This document shows, piece by piece, positions 27,257 to 39,127 of a stretch of DNA of 64,000 bases (positions are counted from its first letter, which is position 1; every line of letters starts with the position of its first letter). The DNA is from a virus. A program made the translations under genes and the position numbers. The stretch spans positions 2,705-66,704 of IMG/VR virus record IMGVR_UViG_3300036466_000503; one strand, given 5' to 3'. The notes under the pieces were generated by a model. The model made no database searches. It saw only the letters and a list, made by a program, of their open reading frames with translations, and was not told the DNA's origin.

Positions 27257-30200
27257 ATGTCCAAAGAATATAAATTAAATATTGATATGCAAATGCAGGA
27301 TAAATACAGCACAAGTATTGATAAATTAAAGAAAGATTTATTATCAGTTAGTCAGGCATTCGACAAAATAGAACAATCCTCTCAAAGTATGTCAGATAAA
27401 GTAAATACAGCTTTAGATAGTAAGGGCACCACTCAAAAATATACAGAGGGTATGGATAAAGCTAATAAATCAATAGAAGAAAACACTAAAAAGACAAAAA
27501 AAGCTAAAGAAGAAAATGAGAGTTTTGGAAAAACATTTAAGAAGACAATGGGTAATGCACTTTCTTCGGTTGCAACTTGGGGTGTTGCCACAACAGCTAT
27601 TTACGGAACACAAAGGGCTATGCGTGAGCTTCACAGCGTAATGTTAGAAGTTGACCAAGAAATGATAGCTTTACGAAGAGTTATGGATAAAACAACAACT
27701 GATTTTCAAGAAATGCAAAAAACAGCTTCTACACTTGGTATTGATTATGCAACAAATATACAGGAGGTTGTACAATCAATGGTACAGTGGGGAAGACAAG
27801 GTAAAGAACAGATAGAGGTATTGCAGTTAACGGAAGCTGCACTACTTGCAACGAATGTAGCAGAAATGGAAGCAAAACAGAGCGTTGACCTTTTGACTGC
27901 TGCTGTATTACAGTTTAATCTTGAAGCTTCAGAGGCAACAGGAATTGTCGATAAACTTAATGAAGTTGCAAATAATTATGCAACAACTGCTGAAGACCTT
28001 GCTATGTCTATTAGAGAGTCAGGGGCAGCTGCAAATAATGCAGGTATTAGTATTGACGAATTAATTGGTATGACAACAGCACTTACTGCTTCAACAGCAA
28101 AAAGTGGAAATAGAATTGGTCGAGCTTTGCGGACCGTCTTTTCAAGAATGATGGGAGACGCTCAAGGAACAGGCGAAGCATTAGGAAAAGTTGAGGTTGC
28201 TTTAAATAGTGTTGGAATAGCAGTTAGAAAAGACGAAACCACTTATAGAAATTTAACTGATGTTATGACTGATTTAGCTTCAAGTTGGCACGATATGGAT
28301 CAGGTTATGCAGGCTAATATTGCAAGAGCTATGGGTGGTAGAAGGAGATATTCTGATGTTATTTCATTAATTGAAAATTGGGATATGGCACTTGGAGCAA
28401 CAACTTCTTCAATGAACTCTTTTAACTCAGCAGTAGAAGAGAACGAAACCTATATGGAAAGTATGCAGGCAAAGTGGCAACAGGTTAAGAATGAATTTCA
28501 AAATATCGCTGTAACCTTAGAAAGTGTTGGAGTTGGAGAATTTTCAAAAGATGTTGCAGAGTTTGCAGCAGGAGCTTTAAATAGTGTTAGTGATTTGATT
28601 GTTGGTATAGACAAATTAAAATGGGTATTAGCAGGACTTGGAACTGTCGGTGGGCTTTCTAAAATAACAAAAATGTTTTCTTCACTAAATTCAACAACTC
28701 AATTATCACAAGGAGCTATGGGACTTAATTCTCTTAGTATGGGTGTAGAAAACATAAGTAAACTTGCAAAAATTCAGGGAAAATTAAGTACAGCAAGTAA
28801 TAAAATTTCTTCTATTGCATCAAAAATTAACTTTAATATAGTTGGAATAGGTATTGCAGTTGCGGGTATTACAGCACTTGTTTCAGCTTATGGAGATTAT
28901 TCAAAACAGTTAGAAGAAGCTTCAGATAAAAAAGAAAAGTTTAATAAATTGATAGAAAAAGGAAATTCCCTTTCGTCTGAAGAGTTAAAAAATACTCAGG
29001 AAGTAATAGATGGTAGTATGAATCAACTAAAAGAATATGAAAAGTATGCAAAAATGGTCAATAGCAACGAGATAAGTATGAATGATTTGTCTATTATAGG
29101 ACAAGATGATTTTTTAGGGGTTGCTACAACAAAATATGAAAAAATAAAGTCTATGTTTGCATTGGTTGATAGAAATAAATCAAAACAACTTGTCAATGCT
29201 TCAGAGGCAGTTATTCAGTTAAGAATGGCTTTTAGTGATTTGTCAGATAAACATAAAGATGTGGAAAGCTTTATAAAAGCAGTTAATAGAGAGTTATTGG
29301 AACTTCAAAATACATTAGATAATACGGCACTTTCCCAAATTGAATTTACTAAATCATTATTAAATAATACAATTTCAGGAAGAAGAGAATTAAAGGTACT
29401 CAATTCACAAATAAAAAGATATGAAGAACTTTATAAAATTAAAGATAAAACAGAAAGACAGCAACTTGAAATGAGTGATATAGAAAATAATTTACAGAGA
29501 GATCACTATGAACTTGGGGGATTAAACAATGAAGAGTTAATTAAAGAAGGAAATAAAATTGCTCAAGAAATATCAAAAAAGATAAGAATAGATACAACTA
29601 AAGCTTTAAAAGAAGCAGAATCGTCAATAATAAATAAAAATGGAGCTATTAAAGAAAATACAGAAAGAATAAAGACATTAAGAAAAACTATTGAACAATA
29701 TGACAAACAGTTAATTAAACTTAAAAATTCAGAAGAAGAAAATGCAGACGCTATATTAAAAACAAAAGAAAAAAGAAGAAAAGCTCAAGCTGAATATATT
29801 AGTTTAATAGAACAGAAAGAAAAAATAAATCAAAAAAATAAAGAGATGATTGAATTACAAGAAACATTAAATGAAGGAGAAAATAATTCAAGATTACTTT
29901 TTCAATTTGAAGAAGCTGATAAATTATTTGAGGATTTAGGAGATCAGATAGCAAAAGTTAGTACAAAACTAAAGGACTTTAAATCTAATTTAAATATAGA
30001 ATTACAGGTTTCTCAACTAAAATCAAGTCTTTTAAATCTTGGATTTGAAGAAACCCTTTCTAATGAAGTTAGTATTTTAGAAAAAAACAGAGACGAACTT
30101 TTTAACTACATTGAAGAAATAGAAAACATTTCAAATAAAGCCAAAAGCAGTGAAATGAAAGATAGTATAAAAGAGCTTCTTGAAAGTGAAGACGGAATTA

Positions 30201-31696
30201 ATGCAGATAATATGATTGGTCTTGATAAGGTTATTGCAAATTGGGATCATCAAAGTTTAGAAGAGCAGAAAAATGCTCTAAAATCAGCGTTAATTAAAAC
30301 TATCGAAGAATTAAACACAACAGTAGAGAAAAAATCTAAAGACTTAAATATTACAGAGGGTATTTTAGAAGGAATTACTAAGATAGATACCTCAAACTAT
30401 AAAGGAATTATAGGTTCTTCTAAAGCATTAGACCAATTCCATAAGAATTTAGAGTTTGCAAAAAGCTCAATTAATGACTTAAAGAAAGAATATAGTCAAT
30501 TAACAGAAAAAGATGTAGATAACTTAATGGGTAAACTTGGATACTCAGAGAAAGAAATAACAAAACTTGTTAAAACAATGAATGACCAAATACGAAGCAC
30601 TCAAACAGCTTGGGCTGACGCTATAACAGGTGCTATTGATAGTTCACTAAATGATAGTAATTTAAATTCAGTATTTGACAAAATACAGGGTGGTTTACGC
30701 TCCGTATTATCAACAGCGTTTTCCAATCAGGGTATGAAGTCGGATATGGAAAGCCTTATTAGTAGTTTTTCTCAAAGTATAAGTCAAAATTCACAGGGAT
30801 TAAGTCAGGGAATAATGAGTGGACTTGAAAACTTTTCAGGTGGAGGATCTATTGCAGGTAGTGTTATGTCGGGTATAGGAACAGCCTTAATGAGTAGTGG
30901 AAACCCCTTCGGAATGGCACTTGGTGCTGTTTCAAAGATAGGAGAAACTATTTGGGGTGGAACTTCAGGAGAAGAATATATCGGACAGGTTGAAACTGCC
31001 AACAGTACACAAAAACAATTAAATTCTCAATTAGAAAAGTTCGGTCTTGATATGCAGACTATTAATGCAAAGGTTAAAAATTCAGCTAACTTTTGGGAAA
31101 AAATGTGGGGTGGAGCTGATTATAAAGCAGTCAATTTAGATAAAGCTAATGAGCAGATAGAAAAAATGCAGGATAGGTTAAAAGGTGTACAAAATACATT
31201 CTCCTCTCTTGGAAGTAGTTTTGCAGATACTCTTAAAAATGCAACTTCCTATACAGAATTTGCTACACACTTTAAACAGTCTATTGGTGGTGCTTTAAAG
31301 AATGCAGTTGTTGATAGTCTATTAAAATCAAGTGCTATTGAAGGTGCTGTAAAGAAATTATCAGCTCAAGTTTATAAGGCAGCAGAAGACGGAATAGTAA
31401 CTAATAGTGAGTTAGATAGTTTAAAAGGTATTTATAACGGTATGCAAAGTAGTATGCAAAATGCTTACAGTATAATTGAACAATTAAATCAGAGTGGATT
31501 TATGTCAGAAGGTGTATCAGTAGATAATACAAGTAATGAACAGAGAACATTCCAAGCAGGAAGTACAAGTAATATAACTTATAATCAGCAGTTTGTCGTA
31601 AAATCACAAGCCTTTAATGGTTCAAGAGAAGAAGCTGAAGAATTTGCACACCTAATAGCTCCCTATATAAAAGAAGAGTTAGAAAGAGTAGGTTAG
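27257..31696 (+). CDS. Tail tape measure protein (TP901-like core)
   Basis: 1479 aa, Ala/Ser/Gly-rich helical, VDKLNEVANNYA...SGNRIGRALRTVFSR core. Confidence 0.93.
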   Translation: MSKEYKLNIDMQMQDKYSTSIDKLKKDLLSVSQAFDKIEQSSQSMSDKVNTALDSKGTTQKYTEGMDKANKSIEENTKKTKKAKEENESFGKTFKKTMGNALSSVATWGVATTAIYGTQRAMRELHSVMLEVDQEMIALRRVMDKTTTDFQEMQKTASTLGIDYATNIQEVVQSMVQWGRQGKEQIEVLQLTEAALLATNVAEMEAKQSVDLLTAAVLQFNLEASEATGIVDKLNEVANNYATTAEDLAMSIRESGAAANNAGISIDELIGMTTALTASTAKSGNRIGRALRTVFSRMMGDAQGTGEALGKVEVALNSVGIAVRKDETTYRNLTDVMTDLASSWHDMDQVMQANIARAMGGRRRYSDVISLIENWDMALGATTSSMNSFNSAVEENETYMESMQAKWQQVKNEFQNIAVTLESVGVGEFSKDVAEFAAGALNSVSDLIVGIDKLKWVLAGLGTVGGLSKITKMFSSLNSTTQLSQGAMGLNSLSMGVENISKLAKIQGKLSTASNKISSIASKINFNIVGIGIAVAGITALVSAYGDYSKQLEEASDKKEKFNKLIEKGNSLSSEELKNTQEVIDGSMNQLKEYEKYAKMVNSNEISMNDLSIIGQDDFLGVATTKYEKIKSMFALVDRNKSKQLVNASEAVIQLRMAFSDLSDKHKDVESFIKAVNRELLELQNTLDNTALSQIEFTKSLLNNTISGRRELKVLNSQIKRYEELYKIKDKTERQQLEMSDIENNLQRDHYELGGLNNEELIKEGNKIAQEISKKIRIDTTKALKEAESSIINKNGAIKENTERIKTLRKTIEQYDKQLIKLKNSEEENADAILKTKEKRRKAQAEYISLIEQKEKINQKNKEMIELQETLNEGENNSRLLFQFEEADKLFEDLGDQIAKVSTKLKDFKSNLNIELQVSQLKSSLLNLGFEETLSNEVSILEKNRDELFNYIEEIENISNKAKSSEMKDSIKELLESEDGINADNMIGLDKVIANWDHQSLEEQKNALKSALIKTIEELNTTVEKKSKDLNITEGILEGITKIDTSNYKGIIGSSKALDQFHKNLEFAKSSINDLKKEYSQLTEKDVDNLMGKLGYSEKEITKLVKTMNDQIRSTQTAWADAITGAIDSSLNDSNLNSVFDKIQGGLRSVLSTAFSNQGMKSDMESLISSFSQSISQNSQGLSQGIMSGLENFSGGGSIAGSVMSGIGTALMSSGNPFGMALGAVSKIGETIWGGTSGEEYIGQVETANSTQKQLNSQLEKFGLDMQTINAKVKNSANFWEKMWGGADYKAVNLDKANEQIEKMQDRLKGVQNTFSSLGSSFADTLKNATSYTEFATHFKQSIGGALKNAVVDSLLKSSAIEGAVKKLSAQVYKAAEDGIVTNSELDSLKGIYNGMQSSMQNAYSIIEQLNQSGFMSEGVSVDNTSNEQRTFQAGSTSNITYNQQFVVKSQAFNGSREEAEEFAHLIAPYIKEELERVG

Positions 31697-31754
31697 ACTT
31701 AAAAAATAAAGGGGTATTGAAATATATACCCCTTTTAAATAAAGAGGTGTTTTT

Positions 31755-32105
31755 ATGATACAATTAGAAAATTATTTTTTTGAAGTGAGTGATTATGATG
31801 AAAAAATAATAGAAATAGGAAACTCAAATAGAAGTTTTTCGGGCAAAAATCATATAGATTATATTAATAGATACAGACAGTTTCAGATTGGTTTAAAAGG
31901 TATATCTGAAGAAATGCACAGCAATTTATTGTGGCTTGTGTCTTTAAATAGAGGACTAAATGGAGAAGCAAAAAATTTAAGATATATAAGTCTTGATAAT
32001 AAAGAATACAGCGTAGATATTGGTTTAAACGGTTATAAATTTAATATTGAAAAGGGCAAAGATAAACTTAGTTATGAATGGAATTTAACATTATTGGAGG
32101 TGTAA
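31755..32105 (+). CDS. Distal tail (Dit/gpM-like) protein
   Basis: Immediately after the TMP. W..TLLEV C-terminus. Confidence 0.6.
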   Translation: MIQLENYFFEVSDYDEKIIEIGNSNRSFSGKNHIDYINRYRQFQIGLKGISEEMHSNLLWLVSLNRGLNGEAKNLRYISLDNKEYSVDIGLNGYKFNIEKGKDKLSYEWNLTLLEV

Positions 32106-32108
32106 GTA

Positions 32109-35100
32109 TTGCGAGAAATATCAAGTAGTTTATTGGAAAGTTTAACTAAATATAATAGAAAAATTCATTTAAAACAGTTGATAGATTGGGATAATGACGG
32201 AGTTTTTGAAACAGATATTAAAGACGATATTCTTTCAGCAACAATAGATATTCAATCAAGTGGAAACCTTAATACCGCAATACTTGATAAGGCAACAATC
32301 ACCACCAATAATACTAACAGAAATTATTCTCCAAAAAATTATAATAGTGCCTGGCAGGGAAATGTTATTCCTTTCCGTATGTCAAAAATTTTTGCAGGAG
32401 ACCAAAATGAAGAAGTAGAAATTTTTTCAGGGAACATAAAAGGAATTAATCCTAATTATAACAATAATCAGGTATCTATTAATCTTGGTGATACATTAGA
32501 GATTTTAAAAAGAGAAGACGCTCCTGAAAAGTTTTATATTGAAGAATATAAAGAAGACATTATAAAAGAATGGTTAGATACTCTTAATCTTAACTATACC
32601 GAAGAAAGTATTGATCAGACGGGAGAGAAAATAAACTATTCTTTTGAAGGAATGACTTATTTTGACGCTATTCAATTAATTGCAGAGAGCTGTTGGGCTA
32701 AGTTTTATTTTTCAAACGGAAACTTTTATTTCAGAGTTGATAAAAATAGAGAAGGTATTAATGAAGTTGCTTATACATTAAGCACCTATGAAGATAAAGA
32801 GAATGGAATAATTGAAAATATTGATAAAATTTCTGAAGAATATAACAATGATGAAATATATAACGAGGTTGAAATAGTAAGTGAGCCACTAACAATACAG
32901 CCAAGACAGGTTGTTTGGTCAGGGATAGAAAGAGAATCAAAGGTTAATACAATAAAACAATATTCGGATATTAATTCTAAAATATTAAAAGTAGCTGATA
33001 AAAACAGGGTTCCTTTAAATGAAAATTCTCTTGTTATTACTGATAAAAACGGAGAAGTGTACAGCCTTGTTAATAAAAAAATTAGCAAGTTATATTATAA
33101 CAGCAACGGTTGTTATATAAATTTTAAAGAGGATTATTTTGTGGGAGAAGGAGACTTAAATGTTAGTTATACTTATTATACATTAAAACTAAGACCTTTT
33201 TCCAAAAAAGAATATATTGTAGAGTTTGAAGTTCCAATGGTTGAGCCAAAGGTACCACTTCTAAAGGCAAAAAATCTTGATTATGACCTCGATATAAGAA
33301 GAGACCAAAAAGATTTTTCTGCAAGTATTACTAAAGAAGAAAAAGAAAATTTTGACGAATATACAGTTGATTTATCACTTGGAGCAAGGGCAGAAATTAG
33401 CTTAAATCTAAATTTAACTCCTAATGTTTATAGTTATGTTGAAAATAGTAGTTTTTATGTTGATGATTATAATTATATCCAACAAAATTATATAACTTAT
33501 GACATAGAGATTGACGGAAAAAGAAGTAGTTTAGATTCTCAATTAAAGCAAAGAATATTAGCAGAAAATGAATATACAACTTATGGTTGGGAAAGTAATG
33601 CAGATAGCAGTATTTCTATTTCAAAAAACATTACATTAAGTAGTGGAGAAGTAAAATTAATAATTAAAAACCATAAATTTTTACAATCAAAAATGATTTC
33701 AGATAATGTATATTTTAGTACGATTTTAAGGGGTTTATCTGATATAAGTTTTCAGAAAGCAGAATATATTACTGAAGAATATGCTCATAATGATTATCCT
33801 CTTGGACACTCTGAATTTAATAATTTACCAAATACTAATTGGTGGTTTATAAAAACAGACGATATGTTTCAGACGGAGCTTGAATTATTTGAAAATAGAA
33901 AAAAAGCAAGATTAACTTTAATTAATAATTCAGAATATAATTTGAGTGTTTATAGTGATAACAACCCTAATAATATATATCTAACAGGACAGCCGATTAA
34001 AAATACTCAAAAATTTAAATCAGTTAAAAAAGACCAAGATAGTATTGATAGTTTCGGAGCCAAAAAGAAATTAACTGTAAAAAACAATTTACTTTTACGA
34101 GAAGACGAACTTGTAAAACTAAGAGATTATCTTATAAATCAATATTCAACTCCTTATTCAAATCTAAAAGTTGAAACAAAAGGAATACCACACCTTGAAA
34201 TAGGAGATACGGTTTATATTAATCAAAAAGATAGACAGGCTGACAATACATTTTTAATTAAAGGTATGAGATATAAATTTCAAGATGGAAGTTGGAAAGT
34301 TGAGTTTAATTTAAGGCAGGAAACAGCTTCCAATTGGCAGTACAGCGGTGATAAAGCAGAAATAAGTTTTAAGCCACAAAAAGGAACAACAGAATATGTG
34401 TATGAACAAACACCTGAAGTAGAGAACTTAAAAGCTTATGAAAATAGTTATGTTGATAACAGAGGGCAATTGAGAATAAATATTGATTTAAGTTATATAA
34501 TTCCACGAGATAACAATATAACAAGTATATTTATTTATATGAAGGAAAATAATGGAGAATACAAAAAAATAACAGAAACCATTAACTCAGAATATACAGT
34601 AAAAGACCTTGATATAAACAATAAATATCAATTTAAAGTTTACACTCATTCAAATATAGAATATGTTCCTGACTTTAGTAACGGGATAGAAAGTGAAGAA
34701 ATAATAACAAAAGGAAGAGATCTTCCACCTTCTCCACCAAGTGATTTTCAGGTTGCTCAAAGAGGAAGAGAAGTTGTTTTCTCTTGGACAAAACCCGATA
34801 ATCAAGATATTAAAGCCTATGAAATTAGACAGGGTGATACTTGGGAATATGGAGAATTATTTGGAGAAAATATAACCATAACAGAATTTTCAAAAGAAAT
34901 ATCACTTAATGGTAAAAAGACATATATGATTAAATCAATTGATAACGGAAATAATTATTCTGAAATACCAATTTATACAAATATTAATATTACAAATGTA
35001 GAAAGAGAATATAATATTTTAGTTGACGAAGACGAAACAGAAATTGGAGATGGAATAAAACAAAACATCTTTCATTTGGTTAATACAGAAAGAAGTGCCC

Positions 35101-35726
35101 TTATAATGCCTCATTGTTTAACATTTAATGATTTAAAAGATAAGAGTTTTCAGACTATTACTTCCTTTGATAGCTTCCCTAATTTTACAGACTATGCAGT
35201 TTATGAAACACAGCCCATTGATACATTAAAATCAGAAGCTTTTCGGTTGCAGGTTGACTATGTAACAAGTGTGAAAAACAATTTAGAAGAAATAGATATT
35301 TCAGATAGTGATTATACCTTTGGTATTTTTGTTTCAATAAGCAATGATAATGAAAATTGGAGCGATTGGAAAAAATATATTGAAGGTGATTATTCGGGTA
35401 GATATTACAAATTAAAACTTGAAGTTTATATCACTAACAAAAATATCAATTGGAGCATAGATAAATTTCGTGAAGTTGTTCAGGTTCAGTCAAAAATTAT
35501 AGAGGATAATATAACGGTTGCAGAAAGTGGAATAACCATTAATTATAAAACTGATTATAATGTAGAGTATATAAACCCTCCAACTAAGTATTCTTTTATT
35601 GCAACAGACGGAGTTAAATTTGCAGTATTTGATAATGTAACTGCTCAAGAGATAACTTTTCATTTAGAGGATATTGGAGGGGTTAATATTGCAGGAGAAG
35701 GAAATTTGGAAATTAAAGGATTTTAA
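32109..35726 (+). CDS. Tail tip / baseplate hub protein with FN3 domains
   Basis: Hub motifs (GIPHLEIGDTV) and FN3 repeats (PPSPPSDF..FSWTKP..AYEIRQG). Confidence 0.8.
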   Translation: MREISSSLLESLTKYNRKIHLKQLIDWDNDGVFETDIKDDILSATIDIQSSGNLNTAILDKATITTNNTNRNYSPKNYNSAWQGNVIPFRMSKIFAGDQNEEVEIFSGNIKGINPNYNNNQVSINLGDTLEILKREDAPEKFYIEEYKEDIIKEWLDTLNLNYTEESIDQTGEKINYSFEGMTYFDAIQLIAESCWAKFYFSNGNFYFRVDKNREGINEVAYTLSTYEDKENGIIENIDKISEEYNNDEIYNEVEIVSEPLTIQPRQVVWSGIERESKVNTIKQYSDINSKILKVADKNRVPLNENSLVITDKNGEVYSLVNKKISKLYYNSNGCYINFKEDYFVGEGDLNVSYTYYTLKLRPFSKKEYIVEFEVPMVEPKVPLLKAKNLDYDLDIRRDQKDFSASITKEEKENFDEYTVDLSLGARAEISLNLNLTPNVYSYVENSSFYVDDYNYIQQNYITYDIEIDGKRSSLDSQLKQRILAENEYTTYGWESNADSSISISKNITLSSGEVKLIIKNHKFLQSKMISDNVYFSTILRGLSDISFQKAEYITEEYAHNDYPLGHSEFNNLPNTNWWFIKTDDMFQTELELFENRKKARLTLINNSEYNLSVYSDNNPNNIYLTGQPIKNTQKFKSVKKDQDSIDSFGAKKKLTVKNNLLLREDELVKLRDYLINQYSTPYSNLKVETKGIPHLEIGDTVYINQKDRQADNTFLIKGMRYKFQDGSWKVEFNLRQETASNWQYSGDKAEISFKPQKGTTEYVYEQTPEVENLKAYENSYVDNRGQLRINIDLSYIIPRDNNITSIFIYMKENNGEYKKITETINSEYTVKDLDINNKYQFKVYTHSNIEYVPDFSNGIESEEIITKGRDLPPSPPSDFQVAQRGREVVFSWTKPDNQDIKAYEIRQGDTWEYGELFGENITITEFSKEISLNGKKTYMIKSIDNGNNYSEIPIYTNINITNVEREYNILVDEDETEIGDGIKQNIFHLVNTERSALIMPHCLTFNDLKDKSFQTITSFDSFPNFTDYAVYETQPIDTLKSEAFRLQVDYVTSVKNNLEEIDISDSDYTFGIFVSISNDNENWSDWKKYIEGDYSGRYYKLKLEVYITNKNINWSIDKFREVVQVQSKIIEDNITVAESGITINYKTDYNVEYINPPTKYSFIATDGVKFAVFDNVTAQEITFHLEDIGGVNIAGEGNLEIKGF

Positions 35727-35792
35727 ATAAATAAATATTTAATAAAGAGGGGTTAATAAAGCCCTTCTTTATTTTTTAAAGGAGGAACACTT

Positions 35793-35924
35793 GTGGAATT
35801 AATATTTTTATTGTTAGCATTTTTTGGTTGGTTATTTTACGAGAAAAAAAGAACTCCTTTAGAAATTTTAAAGTGCAATATATTAAGAGTTTGGTATAAA
35901 TTTAAAAGAAAGTTTTTAAGATAA
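35793..35924 (+). CDS. 43-aa membrane peptide inside the tail module (not in ORF track)
   Basis: RBS AAGGAGG. MELIFLLLAFFGWLFYEKKR... Follows a hairpin at 35742-35773. Confidence 0.6.
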   Translation: MELIFLLLAFFGWLFYEKKRTPLEILKCNILRVWYKFKRKFLR

Positions 35925-35942
35925 AAGGAAGGAGTGATTTAA

Positions 35943-36827
35943 TTGTCTCAAAACTTTATTAAAGATAGAAATTATCAGGATATATTATTTGCAAATATTG
36001 GAGAAGCACTTAGAAATGATTTTGACGCTTTATTATCCTCTTTTTCATGTGATACAGCACCCTCTTCTCCTATTGTTGGTCAGGTTTGGTTTGATACTAT
36101 CAACAATAGATTAATGCAGTTTAACGGCTCTATTTGGACTGATATAACCAACAATACAGCAATTTATAAAGATATTCAGAATGCAAAAGGTACAAAGGGT
36201 TCTCTTTGGGAAAGGTTGGAAGTATCCCTCAATGAAGACGGAACATTAAAATCGGGAGCTGCTGAAAACTTAACAGAGTGGATAGATTCGGGAATAACTC
36301 CAAACTATGTTGCCTCTAATGAGTTTTTTGTTAGTGGAGACCAAAGGGATATATTTGTTGTTAATAGAAGTGTAAAATTTACACTTGACGCTTCTTTAGT
36401 TTATTCACACATATTGTCGGTAAGTTATGACACCAATAACAATGAAACAAGTGTAATATTAAGAGAAGGTATTTTAGATAGCACCGTTCAAAAGGTTGAA
36501 CACGGAGTTGTTGATCCAAGTGAAAAAGGAAGCCTGGCTTTTATCACAGCTTTAATGGTACATTATGACAATTCAAATACACCAATAACCTCAAATACCC
36601 TTCAGGGAACTATTGAAGAAATGATTAATGGGTTTGTTGCACAAGGTGATATTGATTTAAACGGAAATAGTCTTAATAATGTAACTAATATTAATGGAAC
36701 ACCTGTATCAGAGTTAGGTGGAGGTGGAAGTTTATCAGTTAGTGATCAAATAGTTTTTAACGAAGGGAATATTGAAATATATGATACTAACGGAAATTTA
36801 AGGGTAAGGATGGGTGATTTAGCGTGA
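35943..36827 (+). CDS. Tail fibre / tip protein
   Basis: APSSPIVGQVWFDT motif. C-terminal IEIYDTNGNLRVRMG as in gpJ-type fibre ends. Confidence 0.75.
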   Translation: MSQNFIKDRNYQDILFANIGEALRNDFDALLSSFSCDTAPSSPIVGQVWFDTINNRLMQFNGSIWTDITNNTAIYKDIQNAKGTKGSLWERLEVSLNEDGTLKSGAAENLTEWIDSGITPNYVASNEFFVSGDQRDIFVVNRSVKFTLDASLVYSHILSVSYDTNNNETSVILREGILDSTVQKVEHGVVDPSEKGSLAFITALMVHYDNSNTPITSNTLQGTIEEMINGFVAQGDIDLNGNSLNNVTNINGTPVSELGGGGSLSVSDQIVFNEGNIEIYDTNGNLRVRMGDLA

Positions 36828-39115
36828 GTTTTGGAATAGAGATATATGATGAAAACGGAAATTTAAAACTTGATAACAATACTTTAAAGTTCAAACTTTT
36901 TCAAGAGATTGATTTTGTTATTGGAAACGGAGAATATTCTCAAATACAAAAATTCTTTTTTGATAAACCATTAGAAAATCAACCATTAATAATACCAATT
37001 TTAAAAGAAGCTTATCAGGATACGGTTATAGAGTGGGATTTTATTAATTTTAATGGTTTATTTTATGGAATTATTATAGAACAAAATAATTATTCTTTAC
37101 TTGCAGAAGGTACATTTTATGTTTTAACTTCAGAAATATTAGAAAATATATCTTTATCATATAAATACTATAACAATAAATCAATATCAGATACCCTCAA
37201 CACCCTTGATACTTCAAATGTTATTAATACAGCAGGGACTTTTAAATATGCAGAAAATTTCAATCAGGATATAACTCTTTGGGATACTTCAAAAATAACA
37301 AATATGTCCGATATGTTTTATAATGCAAAAACATTTAATCAACCAATAGGACTATGGAATACGGAAAATGTAGAGCTTTTGGATTCAACTTTTTATGGAG
37401 CAGAAAGTTTTAATCGCAATATATCTAATTGGAATACAAAAAAAGTCAAAACGATGGCTGATTTATTTAATGGAGCTATTAGTTTTAATCAGGATTTAAG
37501 TTCTTGGAACTGTCAAAATGTACAAAACATGCAGAGAATGTTTAATAATTCAGGGCTTACAACAGAAAACTATGATAGATTTTTAGTTGGACTAAAGTCT
37601 CAAGAAGACGAGGGAATACCAATTCAATATAATGTAACACTTGGAGCAGAGGGTATTAAATATGGTCTTGATGATAATGCAGTTATAGCACACGATTGGT
37701 TAATAAATGCAAAGGGTTGGATTATTAACGATGACGGTTCATTCCAATTAATACTTTCTTCTGACAGTAGTGAGTTATTTAGAAATGGAACTCATAGAGA
37801 TAACGGAGATAGTGTTGATAATTATGACTTAGTTAATGCTGATACGAGTGCTGTTATTAATGCAGATATGATGTTTTATTATGCGACCTCTTTTAATCAG
37901 GATATAGGATCTTGGAATACAGTTAATTTACAAACTGCAAGAAACATGTTTAATGGTGCCGATAGTTTTAATCAGAATATAAATAATTGGAATACCTCAA
38001 GTCTTACTAACACATATAGAATGTTTTGGAGTGCTAACAATTTCAACCAACCTCTAAATAATTGGGATGTGTCAAAAGTTACTACATTTGAAGAAATGTT
38101 TGCATGGACAAATATTTTTAATCAAGATCTAAATAATTGGAATACAGTCAGTTTAATTAATTTAAAGGGAGTATTTTATCAGGCAAAAGTTTTTAATGGA
38201 GATATTTCAACTTGGGACACATCTAAGGTAGTAGATATGAGTAATTTATTTAGTTACGCCGAAGCATTCAATCAACCTCTTAATAGTTGGGACACTTCAA
38301 GTGTTCAAACTATGGAAAGAACATTTAATTATGCAAAAAACTTTAATCAAGATATCTCAACTTGGAATATGTCGAGCGTTACAAATATAAATAATATGTT
38401 TGACCATGCGTATTCTTTTAATCAAAATATTAACAGTTGGAATATAACAAATATTACAAGTCTTAGTAGTATGTTTAGCTATGCCAAAACCTTCAATCAG
38501 CCACTTGGCAATTGGAATACCTCTAATGTTACAGATATGAGTTCTATGTTTTTTGCTTGTGATAACTTCAATCAACCACTTAATACTTGGAACACATCAA
38601 TGGTTACAAATTTTGAAAAAATGTTTTATGGAAATAAAGCTTTTAATCAGGATTTAAATAATTGGAATATGTCAAGTGCAATAAATATTAGTGGAATGTT
38701 TCAGGCTACAGACACTTTTAATGGTAATATTTCAACTTGGGATACTTCTAACATTACAGATATGAGTTCTGTATTTGCTTTTGCGAAAGCTTTTAATAGT
38801 GATATAAGTCAATGGAATACGAATAAAGTTACGACAATGAAAAATATGTTTTATTACAATTCAGCTTTTAATCAAGATTTAAGCTCATGGGATTTTTCAA
38901 GCGTAACAGATATGAGCGGAATGTTTAGCACTTCAGGATTAAGTACAGCTAACTATGATAAATTACTTAATAGACTATATGAACAAGGAGACGCTATTAA
39001 TAATAATGTATCATTAGGTGCAAAAGGAATTAATTACACCTCTGCTGCACAGGTGGCACACGATTGGTTGGTTAATACAAAAGGTTGGACTATTGATGAC
39101 GAAGGTATGATATAA
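36824..39115 (+). CDS. Receptor-binding candidate with two blocks of DUF285/BspA-like 25-aa repeats
   Basis: Many FNQD(I/L)xxW(N/D)TSxVTxMxxMF repeats. Each block ends in a GL...NYD..L...LGA...GW cap. Confidence 0.85.
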   Translation: MSFGIEIYDENGNLKLDNNTLKFKLFQEIDFVIGNGEYSQIQKFFFDKPLENQPLIIPILKEAYQDTVIEWDFINFNGLFYGIIIEQNNYSLLAEGTFYVLTSEILENISLSYKYYNNKSISDTLNTLDTSNVINTAGTFKYAENFNQDITLWDTSKITNMSDMFYNAKTFNQPIGLWNTENVELLDSTFYGAESFNRNISNWNTKKVKTMADLFNGAISFNQDLSSWNCQNVQNMQRMFNNSGLTTENYDRFLVGLKSQEDEGIPIQYNVTLGAEGIKYGLDDNAVIAHDWLINAKGWIINDDGSFQLILSSDSSELFRNGTHRDNGDSVDNYDLVNADTSAVINADMMFYYATSFNQDIGSWNTVNLQTARNMFNGADSFNQNINNWNTSSLTNTYRMFWSANNFNQPLNNWDVSKVTTFEEMFAWTNIFNQDLNNWNTVSLINLKGVFYQAKVFNGDISTWDTSKVVDMSNLFSYAEAFNQPLNSWDTSSVQTMERTFNYAKNFNQDISTWNMSSVTNINNMFDHAYSFNQNINSWNITNITSLSSMFSYAKTFNQPLGNWNTSNVTDMSSMFFACDNFNQPLNTWNTSMVTNFEKMFYGNKAFNQDLNNWNMSSAINISGMFQATDTFNGNISTWDTSNITDMSSVFAFAKAFNSDISQWNTNKVTTMKNMFYYNSAFNQDLSSWDFSSVTDMSGMFSTSGLSTANYDKLLNRLYEQGDAINNNVSLGAKGINYTSAAQVAHDWLVNTKGWTIDDEGMI

Positions 39116-39127
39116 AGGGGGATTAAA